From: Lingula anatina | Lineage: Eukaryota; Animalia; Brachiopoda | Assembly (NCBI GenBank): GCA_051362555.1 | Contig: CM120643.1 | Location: 12,126,644 to 12,190,643, forward strand | DNA: 64,000 nucleotides | Direction of reading: 5' to 3' | In this document: one piece after another, positions 1 to 11,429 of the stretch | Layout: the number at the start of each line of letters is the position of its first letter | How positions within the stretch are numbered: position 1 is the stretch's first letter | Notes under the pieces: generated by a model | What the model was told of the DNA's origin: nothing | Seen by the model: only the letters and a program-made list of their open reading frames with translations | The model's database searches: none | Made by a program: the position numbers and the translations under genes

Positions 1-196
1 AGATTTCCACTCAAAATGAAGAAAATCTGATCCTATCATTGCATGACTTTCTGCATGCTTTATTTTTTCTGGCCATACCTGTAGGTATTGCACAAGTCTT
101 GCTTTACATATAATCCAGGACACAGACTTGGGTTATGTAAAATTAACCCCACTCTGAAGGAAATTAATTGTTTTTAACATGTTGTTGAACTACAAA

Positions 197-1161
197 TCTG
201 ATTATCTTTATCTGTCCTGCAATAATCTGTTCATCAAGGCAGACAGAAAGATGATTTCTAAAAATTAATGCTTCACATTTTCTTATCTATTTCTTATCCC
301 TGCCTGATTCAGTAAATGATCCATCTTTTTATGTGGCTCTGTTATCCAATATCAACTATACTGTTATCAACACTTGTTAATGCCTTCAATCTTCTACCAT
401 CATTTTTCATGGGATGTTTAATTTCCATATTCCTTTTGACATAAAATAAAGATTTCCTGTGATTCATACATAAGTGGTAAGAGAATTGAAACTATGCACT
501 TCTTATATTAAAAACTAGTTCACTGGTTTTAAATTTGATTTTTCCCCATAAATCTATAATCTGTTGATTGAATAAATGAAACATTTTCTTATCTAACAGT
601 TTTCATTAACATGCTATTCATTTAAACACTTAATTCTATTAAATAATTTAACAGAATTAGGCGGGTTATTCATATACCTTTCAGTTACAAGAAACCAACA
701 AGTTCTTAGTTTACAAAGTCACATCTAAAGCAAAACCACAGGATATTAAAAGTTCCACGTAAAACCCTGCAGGAAAAAATGTGGCTGGGGAATTAGCTTT
801 GTGTACCAGAATCAAGAGAAGAGCAGGTATTATGGAGTAAATTTTTACTCAAAATGCGGACACGAGTTGGATTCTACGAATTTAACCCTATCAAACAAAA
901 CATATATATATCTTTAAAAATGATGTCCAATTTTAAGTCTGATTATCTTTATCTGTCCTGCAATAATCTTTTTACCAAAACAGAAAGACGGATTTCTAAA
1001 TATGCTTCCGATTCTCTTTTCTATTTCTTATCCCTGCCTGATTCAGTAAATAATCCATCTTTTCATGTGGCTCTGTTATCCAATATCAACTATCCTGTTA
1101 TCAACACTTGTTAATGCCTTCCTTCTTCTCACGTCATTTTTCAGGAGATGTTTAATTTCCA
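197..1161. repeat. Diverged direct repeat of about 230 bp (197-427 and 938-1161)
   Basis: Shared TCTGATTATCTTTATCTGTCCTGCAATAATCT ... GTTATCAACACTTGTTAATGCCTTC ... GATGTTTAATTTCCA. Confidence 0.9.
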
Positions 1162-1324
1162 CATTATCTTAGCTGCTATCTACATTTGTGTATCTGTAGT
1201 AGGACAGGTGGCACTTAAAGCATCTTCTATTCTTATGCTGTTTTTAAATTCAAAATTTCCTAAAAATCTTAGCTTTTGAATTTGGAATTCAAAATAACAA
1301 AAGTACAAAATTTGCCAATATTAC

Positions 1325-1356
<32 letters not shown>

Positions 1357-2362
1357 GGAAGGCTGACTACAAGATATTAAATTGAGCATATTCTGAAGTT
1401 TTCGACTAGAAAATAAAATGGTGTAATAATTGCCAAATATTTGCAATACTATGTAGTATTAAAACATTTTGAAAAAAAAAAAAACCTTTACAATTTTAAG
1501 AAGCAATATATTTCCATTACCTAAACTGATATACTGCTTCACAGTTTTTGTATCATTTCAATCTGCTGGCTGTGGTGTTGTGAATAATAGAGGATAGGTG
1601 GGGACGAGAGGTCCTTTTGTGCTTTAGAATAAAAAAAAAATGATAAAACATTTCAGTAACTGTGTTCTGTGCATTTCCTGACATATTTGTGCTTTGAATT
1701 CTAACAATATTTAACAGCTGTGTTGGTGTATTTTGCACTGATGGTGACGGTAGCCATTTTTTAGTCCAGTGAGCAAGGGCGGGGAGCTTATCCAACTAGA
1801 TTAATCACAAACAATTATGTTTAACTTTTATCATAAGTGGCTGAAAAATCATTCATGAAAAGTTTTCTTTTTACAAATAGATCTAAGCAATGAATGGTGC
1901 CTACTATATTTCACTTTAGTTCACACAAACTTTTGGTTTCAAGAAAAAATAACTTCTGCCTTCTTAAATCTTATAGCCTATGAAACCGAGTTCAAATCTC
2001 CATACAATTTTTCTTCCACATCAGTTTTGATTTTGTGCAAGTTTTCCAACAGTTTTTCACCGCTCACAGGTGAATAACACAATCATCCAGCTAAACTACC
2101 ATTATAAAATCATCTCAATTCCAAAAAAAGAGAATAAAAATAATCAAAACTAGAGGATCAGAGAGGCGATACCGCCTCCGAATATTGTACCACCAGCTGG
2201 AGCAAGCGCATTCGTGTAGACCCCCACATACACAAAATAAGGGGTGCAGCCACCAGTCTTGTGCTTGACAAGCTGTAAAAATGCAATCAACAAGAATTTT
2301 CAAAATATGCAAAAAATATATATAACTAAAAATGGTGCAATCAAAGTTAAGTTCATTGTAAG

Positions 2363-3640
2363 GTAGGTCAAAGGTCAATTTCAAGGTCACAGTAAATTGC
2401 CAGTATATGACTTCCTATCCAACTTCAATAGTAACTATGGACCTATCTCTGCCAGTTTTGGAGATAAAAGGGAAGCAAAATTTGCAAAGTTCAGTTCATG
2501 GTGAAAAGTAGGTCAAAGGTCAATTTCAAGGTCACAGTAAGATTGCCAGTATATGACTTCCTATTCAACTTCAATAGTAACTATGGACCTATCTCTGCCA
2601 GTTTTGGAGATAAAAGGGAAGCAAAATTTGCAAAGTTCAGTTCATGGTGAAAAGTAGGTCAAAGGTCAATTTCAAGGTCACATTTAGATTGCCAGTATAT
2701 GACTTCCTATTCAACTTCAATAGTAACTATGGACCTATCTCTGCCAGTTTTGGAGATAAAAGGGAAGCAAAATTTGCAAAGTTCAGTTCATGGTGAAAAG
2801 AAGGTCAAAGGTCAATTTCAAGGTCACAGTAAAATTGCCAGTATATGACTTCCTATGCAAGTTCAATAGTAACTATGGACCTATCTCTGCCAGTTTTGGA
2901 GATAAAAGGGAAGCAAATTTTGCAAAGTTCAGTTCAAGGTGAAAAGTAGGTCAAAGGTCAATTTCAAGGTCACAGTAAAATTGCCAGTATATGACTTCCT
3001 ATTCAAGTTCAATAGTAACTATGGACCTATCTCTGCCAGTTTTGGAGATAAAAGGGAAGCAAAATTTGCAAAGTTCAGTTCATGGTGATAAGTAGGTCAA
3101 AGGTCAATTTCAAGGTCACAGTAAGATTGCCAGTATATGACTTCCTATTCAACTTCAATAGTAACTATGGACCTATCTCTGCCAGTTTTGGAGATAAAAG
3201 GGAAGCAAAATTTGCAAAGTTCAGTTCATGGTGAAAAGTAGGTCAAAGGTCAATTTCAAGGTCACATTTAGATTGCCAGTATATGACTTCCTATTCAACT
3301 TCAATAGTAACTATGGACCTATCTCTGTCAGTTTTGGAGATAAAAGGGAAGCAAAATTTGCAAAGTTCAGTTCATGGTGAAAAGAAGGTCAAAGGTCAAT
3401 TTCAAGGTCACAGTAAAATTGCCAGTATATGACTTCCTATGCAAGTTCAATAGTAACTATGGACCTATCTCTGCCAGTTTTGGAGATAAAAGGGAAGCAA
3501 AATTTGCAAAGTTCAGTTCATGGTGAAAAGTAGGTCAAAGGTCAATGTCAAGGTCACAGTAAGATTGCCAGTATATGACTTCCTATTCAACTTCAATAGT
3601 AACTATGGACCTATCTCTGCCAGTTTTGGAGATATAAGGG
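2363..3640. repeat. Tandem satellite, 146-bp unit, about 8.8 copies
   Basis: Unit starts at 2363, 2508, 2654, 2800, 2946, 3092, 3238, 3384 and 3530; copies are near-identical. Confidence 0.97.
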
Positions 3641-3884
3641 ACTAAATGTTATAATTTTGGAGTTACCATAATGTGCCATAAATTTCCTACAGAAAAAATT
3701 AATTAAAATAAAGAAAAGGTCATTTTGGTCAAAGTTCTTGAAATGGGAGGTTCTCTGAAGTTGCAGAAGTTTAAATTTGATAAAATAATGTCATTTTTGA
3801 CCACAAGTTGTCTGCTTTGCCAAGCATTATGTTTTATTTTTCCGGAGTTCAAAATTTATTATCCATTACCGTACTGCACATTTT

Positions 3885-4176
3885 TACGGAAGCCGACTGG
3901 TGCCATATGTTGAAAAAAAAAATTATCTCGAAATTTCGAGATAGCATTTTTTTTGTTCAAATTTCAAAATACTATCTCGAAATTTCGAGATAAATTTTTT
4001 TGCTCAAATATCAAAATGCTATCTCGAAATTTCGAGATAATTTTTTTTTTGTTCAAATTTCAAAATGCTATCTCGAAATTTCGAGATAAAAATTTTTTTT
4101 GTTCAAATTTCAAAATAGTATCTCGAAATTTCGAGATAATTTTTTTTTCTACATATGGCACCAGTCGGCTTCCGTA
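3885..4176. mobile_element. MITE with long TIRs, 6-bp TSD and five internal 20-bp palindromes
   Basis: TIRs TACGGAAGCCGACTGGTGCCATATGT and ACATATGGCACCAGTCGGCTTCCGTA. CATTTT directly flanks both ends (3879-3884, 4177-4182). TATCTCGAAATTTCGAGATA at 3924, 3973, 4020, 4069 and 4119. Confidence 0.85.
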
Positions 4177-5761
4177 CATTTTCCTTTCACCACCAATATG
4201 TACTTTCTGATACAGCGTAACTCGAAAACCGTATGGAATACAAAAAAACCGAGACCACCTCCAGTGTTGGGCTTTACATGCTCTACAAAATGCAAAAAAG
4301 AATGGGTCTCTAGCATTAACGGTTCCCGAATTAGAGACAGTTTTCAGTTTCGGTATCTTATGGCCGCTACTCCTGTGAAAATGCACCGATTGACCCCAAA
4401 TTCACGGAGATGAAAGATGACCTGAAGGGTAACACTTTCCAATAATATTATTGGTTAAGTCTGTGTGGCGTCTGAATAACAGGGCAAAAAAATTTTTTTT
4501 TCGTAAAAAATTTCATTTTTTTGAAAATTTTGACCCATTTGACCTTGAAGTAAAGGTCAAAGGTCAAATCCGAGGGTATATTTGAAATCTACACATATGA
4601 CTTTTGGAAAGCCGTCTATAGAAATTTTTCCCGTAACTCCTTCTGTAAGGTAGATAATTAGCATTTAATTTTGCCATTTTTAGACAAGGGTGCATTGCAA
4701 TGAGTGCCACACCCAGACCCCAATACCGACAAAGCCCAAATTTTACGTGGAACGAGTTGAGATTATAGGTGACCTAAATCCATGAGATGGGTACGGGGGC
4801 CCTTACCGTCTAGGAGGAGAAGCGGTAACGGTAACATGGCGGCGGAGCCGGCGGAACGGACCGGACGGGACCGAAACCATGTGTACCGCCAGCGCTAACG
4901 CTGGTGGTAAATTTTTTTGTTCAAATTTCAAAATAGTATCTCGAAATTTCGAGATAATTTTTTTTCTACATATGGCACCAGTGGGCTTCCGTACATTTTC
5001 CTTTCACCACCAATATGTACTTTTTGATACAGCGTAACTCGAAAACCGTATGGAATACAAAAAAACCGAGACCACCTCCAGTGTTGGGCTTTACATGCTC
5101 TACAAAATGCAAAAAAGAATGGGTCTCTAGCATTAACGGTTCCCGAATTAGAGACAGTTTTCAGTTTCGGTATCTTATGGCCGCTACTCCTGTGAAAATG
5201 CACCGATTGACCCCAAATTCACGGAGATGAAAGATGACCTGAAGGGTAACACTTTCCAATAATATTATTGGTTAAGTCTGTGTGGTGTCTGAATAACAGG
5301 GCAAAAAATTTTTTTTTCGTAAAAAATTTCATTTTTTTGAAAATTTTGGCCCATTTGACCTTGAAGTAAAGGTCAAAGGTCAAATCCGAGGGTATATTTG
5401 AAATCTACACATATGACTTTTGGAAAGCCGTCTGTAGAAATTTTTCCCGTAACTCCTTCCGTAGGGTAGATAATTAGCATTTAATTTTGCCATTTTTGGA
5501 CAAGGGTGCATTGCAATGAGTGCCACACCCAGACCCCAATACCGACAAAGCCCAAATTTTACGTGGAACGAGTTGAGATTATAGGTGACCTAAATCCATG
5601 AGATGGGTATGGGGGGCCTTACCGTCTAGGAGGAGAAGCGGTAACGGTAGCCGTCCGGCGGAGCCAACGGAGCCGGCGGAGCCGGCGGAGCCGGCGGAGC
5701 CGGCGGAACGATCCGGACGAGACCGAAACCATGTGTACCGCCAGCGCTAACGCTGGTGGTA
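4091..5761. repeat. Tandem duplication, about 817-bp period (about 4091-4909 and 4910-5761)
   Basis: Near-identical sequence; matching spurious ORFs begin at 4386 and 5203 (offset 817). The copies differ by a few SNPs and by GGCGGAGCC copy number. Confidence 0.95.
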
Positions 5762-5892
5762 CAATTAGAAGCGAAATAAAACAGAGCTATACAATGAACA
5801 CAGTTCACGTAAACTACCAAGGACAGAAAACAAATAGTAACAGAAAATAACTTGATTTGTTAAATATGATCATATCACAATATCGATCGTCG

Positions 5893-5906
5893 CCACCAGA
5901 GGGCGG
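5893..5906 (+). promoter_or_regulatory. CTCF-like motif
   Basis: CCACCAGAGGGCGG matches CCASYAGRKGGCRS and sits in a short GC-rich patch in AT-rich DNA. Confidence 0.4.
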
Positions 5907-7160
5907 GCAAGGCAGGCGCTGGGTGAACAATAACTTTCCATAACATTTCTGTTCAACTAGAATTTTCAGAAGGGTGAAAAACATTTCCATATAATCTGAC
6001 CACAAGGTAAGAATTTTCTTAAAAAGGTTGTACAAAAGCAGCAAAAAATTGTTACACAAATTCAGATAATCAAATAATCCAGACGAAAAATGCATTGCTA
6101 AGCTTTTGTTTAAACAACCATCTAATTTTTTATCGTATGATTTTTCTACATTTCATTATATCAAGAGCTTCCTGTCATTGTAGCTCTCAGGCCATCATAA
6201 AGCTTGACCCCTACTAATTTTGACCACTACAAATCTTGACCAGCCTGCCCTGCCCTTCTCTGCCGCAGTGACCTAGCACCTTCAAATAGAGCAATAATAA
6301 ATAAAGACGTTCAATAAATGCATATCTAAACCTCCACAGTGAAGTCCACATCCATTCTCCATCATACCTAGGCTGACCAGTGGTCAAATATCACCCTTCT
6401 TTTAATCCACAAACTTTGAATACGAATCCTATAAAATGGAGGGACCCAACAAGCTTATGAAACTATAGGTTTTTTTTTCTATTAAATGGAGCCATATTAG
6501 ATATTAGCCACACTCAAGTAGAATAAAATAGCAAAGAACAAGTTTGAGCCAAGGTAGCAGATGATCTTCTAGGAAAGCATGGTCAGAAATGATGTGGAGA
6601 AGTTGGTTAAAATAATTTAAATTAAAAAAAAATCTCTCATGAAATTTATTGACTGCCCTATCTCATGCATGTTACCACCTGCAACAACAACAACAACAAC
6701 ACACAATTTCTTAATTATCTGCTCTCCCTGTCAACAATAGTAAAAAGACAATGCCAAAAAATAATAATAAATAAAATAACAAACATACAAACAAATAATA
6801 CACAGTATTGACAACTCTCACAACATCAACCATGCAAAATTAACACAATAATTGCTTGCGTAGCAAACAACAAAACCATGTTGTGATTTCAATCTCAGAA
6901 GCAGATTGGCAGATTTGAGAAGATCCTACGGTAGAACTTTAACTGATATATCTCATATTTTATATATATTTTTATATAATATATATGAGCTCCTCCAGGT
7001 CTGCAATGAGATGCTCTGACAAGGAGAGAGATTGATATATTTACCAAGGTACATATCACACATTTCTCAATGCTTCGATCACACAATAAGTTGTACATAA
7101 AAAGTTACATTTTATCATTTAGCAGATCTTGAGATATTCTGAGGAATTTATATAACACAC

Positions 7161-7231
7161 AATAATAATAACTGTAGTAGTAGTACTAGTAGTAGTAATA
7201 ATAATAATAATAATTATGATAATAATAATAA
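7161..7231. repeat. (TAA)n/(TAG)n trinucleotide tracts in the probable 3' UTR
   Basis: Read directly. Confidence 0.85.
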
Positions 7232-7276
7232 CCTCTAGCTAATAGCATGAATGTGAATACTAAAATTTGGATGATT

Positions 7277-7284
7277 TATGTACA
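7277..7284 (-). promoter_or_regulatory. Pumilio response element (UGUACAUA) in the 3' UTR
   Basis: Plus-strand TATGTACA reads TGTACATA on the mRNA strand, an exact UGUAHAUA match about 175 nt after the stop. Confidence 0.45.
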
Positions 7285-7458
7285 GTGAATGAGTGTTTTC
7301 ATTGTTGAAGTCTGCACAAGCAATGTGTGTACATACATACACAGCAAATAAAACAACCAATAGCTTTCAATTTGTCACATACAAAAAAGATTTACGTCTC
7401 AGTATCAAAATATACCACTTTTACTTAGACTAACTACTTTCTCCTAATAGTCCCAACA

Positions 7459-8058
7459 TCATGATTTTTGGTGTTCAGATTTGCTGCCACTGCCGCTAGT
7501 TCCATGTTGGCCACCACTGCCACCACTAGGGGCGCCACTGCTGCTGCTCCTCCCGACCTCCATCGGCTGTGGACTTCCTTCCTTTGGTGGGCTCGGCTTG
7601 GGCGAAGCCATGATCCCAATCTGGTCTGGCGCGGACCAGCGTCGCTTTCGCTGAGTAGAAGTGGAATCCGTAGAAATATGAGGTAATGACACACGTAATG
7701 GCGTCTCTGTGCTTCTCTGAGTCTGGCCGACAGCAGCCTGCACTCGTAATTCACCTTCTGCCTCCTGAAACCGTATGTAACCTTGACCTTGTCTCTCGAG
7801 CGCAGGTGCATGACCTTGACCCCCAGACACACTCAGTGTGCTAAAAGACACGGAGGCCCTCTCCACAGGCTGATTTTGGCGGGAGAGTTCGGCCACGCGG
7901 TTACTGACGTCTTTATGTGTTAAGGAGATGCAGATGTCTCCAACATTAAGTTTCTGGCATGGCAACCCGTATCGTTGAGAAGTTCGTTCAGGACTAATGG
8001 ATGACCAACCTTGGCCGAAAACAAAGAAAGGATGCTCCAGGGCTGCCTCTACTGTCAC
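7459..8058 (-). CDS. ATXN1: Ataxin-1 homolog, last coding exon: C-terminal half of AXH plus RKRRWSAP motif
   Basis: Acceptor TATTTGCAG| at 8059/8058 is followed by VTVEAALEHPFFVFGQGWSSISPERTSQRYGLPCQKLNVGDICISLTHK, which continues AXH in frame. RKRRWSAP at 7650..7627; stop codon ends at 7459. Confidence 0.95.
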   Translation of the reverse strand: MTVEAALEHPFFVFGQGWSSISPERTSQRYGLPCQKLNVGDICISLTHKDVSNRVAELSRQNQPVERASVSFSTLSVSGGQGHAPALERQGQGYIRFQEAEGELRVQAAVGQTQRSTETPLRVSLPHISTDSTSTQRKRRWSAPDQIGIMASPKPSPPKEGSPQPMEVGRSSSSGAPSGGSGGQHGTSGSGSKSEHQKS

Positions 8059-11000
8059 CTGCAAATAGACAAGACCCAAGTAAAACTGATTCCTTTATAT
8101 AGCACATAAATATTAAGCTTAGACAAAAAATACTTCAGATGACCTAAATTAGAGAAGATGAAGAATATGCCTCACCATTTAAATTTATATTTAAACTGAA
8201 AACAAACGGAAAATATGATTCTAAATGAATAAATACAATTTTCAGTAAGCCAAAACTTGTAAAGGACAGCAAAATATGATAAATGCAGAAAATAAATTCA
8301 GTCAAATAAATAACAAACAAGGCCACAATTTCATATTTAAATGACATTTTCTTTGCTGATCAATAGCAGCGGTATAAACCATGACGCAGTGGACCTGCAG
8401 ACATCCCTTCTTCACATAATTCAAAATGTGATTACCTACAGAAAAAAGAGCTAATGCTGATCCGTTTTAAGGAAAAAAAAAAAAAAAAGATCGGTAAACA
8501 TTTTCCTTCTTCATTTCTTAATGTGTACAAGATATCCTAGCAAGGTCTCACAACATACTACCAGGTGGGGTTTTACAACGTCGAAACATGCTTTACAAAT
8601 AGTCCTAAAATAACCATTACGAATCAATGTAATTACATTGGTCACCCTAACTTATGCTAGAACAAATAGTCTACTTGTAAAATGTATCAGTTTCAGTTTT
8701 TTCAAGTCCTAGGAAAAGTAATGAAGAGGATTGATGAAAGGGTTAGGTTCGGTATCGATCGCAAATTCTGGACTGTAATGTTTAACCACTAGACAATTTT
8801 TGCATAGCATCATGAATACTCAAGACCAGTCTTAAAACTGAAACCCCAATCTGTTTTTTTTAATTATCCATTCTCATCAGGTATTCAAATCTAAGAATAC
8901 ATTATATCAACAGATTTGCATAAAAATTGAATAAGAAATTGCATGTAAATATTTATTTAGTTTTCAGTATTATATTACACATACACTTATAATGCAAAAG
9001 GAAAAACTATTTCATGATGAAAAACTTAAGAATAAAAATAAAAAAATTGAAGACTCATGTGGAGAACAAAAGACTATTTTTAGTTAAGTTTGCAGAAAAC
9101 AATCAGATTCCATAATTAATTAAATCTTATAACTAATAACTGAACCTCCTGATTTGTTGAATTACATTTTTCTTTAAATACCTAAAAAAAGAAACCTTGA
9201 CAATTCTCATCTTCAACAAACATATTAAACCTCTAATAAAAGAGTTTACAACAATTATAAACCTTTAATGGCATACTAAAACATAAATAGAGAAGAAACA
9301 TGTTTACTTAGTGGCTATTCTGTTTGTGGGCCTAAGGGCCCTACTAAATAAGTGTGAAATATTGGAAACAAAATCCTCCCGGTGAAATCTATAGAGTAGC
9401 TGAATACAAGAATACACTTTTGCTTGTACGTTTGTACCTCTCACCCTCCAATAAAAACAGCACTGCAACTAAATATACAACTGTCCAAAGAGTTATCTAG
9501 ATTTCAAGGGATCTCTGGATGTTCAAACATACTATTTGTGTGTACCTGAGACAGTGACTGGACCTAACAAATGTTTGACAATTAAATTAAGTTTCCAAGC
9601 TGTGTAGGAGTCACGGTGTCAACATGTTAATAAGTCTAGTATGGGAATCAGCAGCAATGCACATAGTTCGAGGGCATATTTTAATCTATTTCCTCTGTGT
9701 TTGTCTTGACTGTATCGACCAATCATTAAAGTAAATGCTGCAAATGGCTTGCTATCATCTGGTCGGGGAGGGTGACATCATCGGAATAATTGACGTTCAC
9801 TTAGTTCTCCGCACTGCACTAAAAGACTTGTACACACAGGTATTGATCAGGTGTGGAAATGCAGCGTAATTGTTGGAACAGTTACACCCCTCCATTTCAC
9901 CTTGACCTACACAGGGAACAGGTGCAAGAACTTCTAGAAAAATTTTGACGTACTCAGTGAAGTTTAAGTTGTAGGAATTTCAGGCCTGTGGCAAGCAATT
10001 TCAAAGAGGGGGTGATTTTTTCCCCCTTTTTCTTTTTTGAAAAAGTGGACCTCTTTACTCCTAAAGTTGAGAAATAGCATAGAACCCCTTTTAATTTCAG
10101 AATGGACCTTTTCCAGCAACAAAAAAGTTTTGAGAAAAAGAGTTGTGAGTATAAGTGAAAAATTCCAGGAAATGTAGACTCACATAATATGTACAGCCCT
10201 ACACCTTTCCTTGCTTACTGAAAGAATACATTCAACACCACTGAGCACATGCCATACCTTTATTTCTACCTCCCTCTTCCTAACCTAAGCCCAAATACAA
10301 AGCAGAGAAACTGCAAGAATATTTCTCTTTAAATACACTATGTATTCACATCAAAAAAATGTCTGAGCATATATATATTCACACATTATTTTATCAAATT
10401 TCTACAGCTAAGCCCTATATCCATCTTTTCACACCACCAGGAAATCATGCTGGGGCACGTGCCGCCAGGGGGAGCTGCGTGCAGTCTACAACATGAGCTT
10501 TTCACACCAATTCTCTTGGAAATTCCCAGGATAGATTACCTCGACTACTATGCACTACGTTGCTGATCTTCAAATGATGCTAATACCGCTACTGCTAACT
10601 CAGACGTATAACTATAATCATGTCTGCTCACGTATTATCCTACTTTTGAAAACAAATTCCACTAGATAAATACAAATGACGTGGCTCTCAGAATGCACAC
10701 AAAAGAAGAGAGAATCGATAATTTTCTGGGCAAAGGGCACAATTGATGAGGGTTAAGTTACTTTTAGCTAGAATAGAAAAACTCAGACACAACAATTCCA
10801 AGAGGTAAACAAGTACCTAGAATTCAAAAAGTTTATGTTCCTGGGTATAAAGCCATTGCATTTTCCTTGTTAACGTTAAGTACCTCTTTTGTTACGCTAT
10901 TTGAATAACTAAGAATAATTCTGATGCAGAAGTTACATTCCTGCTAATATTTTCATGGCATAGTCGGACATCAGACTTTAGTAAACAATTCTATGCCATT

Positions 11001-11429
11001 AGGTGCTGAAAACTACTGCTTATATATATATATATATATATATTAGTTTATAGCGGCAATACGCTGGGTTTTCTTGACTTATCAACTCATTTTTTATCTC
11101 CTCATAAGATTGAACTTTTTACTTTCTACACTCAATTAGAGCTATACCTCACAAAGCTTTCGGTCACTCCGTGATATTCTTCAGTGTGAGTTCCTACGAG
11201 ACTGAGCACTATTCCCAAATGTCTCAGAGTGAATTCAGAGCAGATGATCCGAGGACTAACTGATCTGCAGACTAAATATGGCCGATCTCACTAAAAAGCA
11301 AGCTGCCCTAATCCCCTGATGGTCTCCCTGCCCTCACACACACCATATGAAAAGGATTAAATCTCAGCTCAAAAACTTAATTGCCAGGCCCCTGCAGCAA
11401 TAGGCAGGGGTCTAGCAGGAATACTGTAA

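Larger units (their letters stand above)
2150..5765 (-). mobile_element. Non-autonomous Helitron/Helentron (DINE-1/HINE-like) element with internal tandem array
   Basis: 14-bp subterminal inverted repeats ATTGTACCACCAGC (2184-2197) and GCTGGTGGTACAAT (5752-5765). Hairpin GAGGCG-ATAC-CGCCTC (2163-2178) lies about 10 nt from a CTAG|TTTT end. Second hairpin at 5734-5763, (GGCGGAGCC)n near that end, and a central 146-bp array. Confidence 0.75.
6645..7458 (-). other. Probable proximal 3' UTR of ATXN1 with a candidate AATAAA at 6650..6645
   Basis: U-rich sequence follows the stop codon, with a minus-strand AATAAA at 6650..6645. The real UTR may be longer. Confidence 0.45.

Noticed and set aside
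3924-4138. CRISPR-like array of regularly spaced palindromes
   Set aside because: The spacers are near-identical, the array sits inside TIRs with a TSD, there are no cas genes, and the context is eukaryotic.
3953-5230. Duplicated ORFs of 71-108 aa on both strands
   Set aside because: They arise from the MITE and the 817-bp duplication and show no recognisable domain, including no Rep or helicase motifs.
5626-5820. ORF with PPA repeats
   Set aside because: Translation of the (GGCGGAGCC)n tract at the transposon end.
7523-7536. CTCF-like CCACTAGGGGCGCC in the last exon
   Set aside because: One G short of the core spacing and explained by Ala-Pro-Ser-Gly codons.
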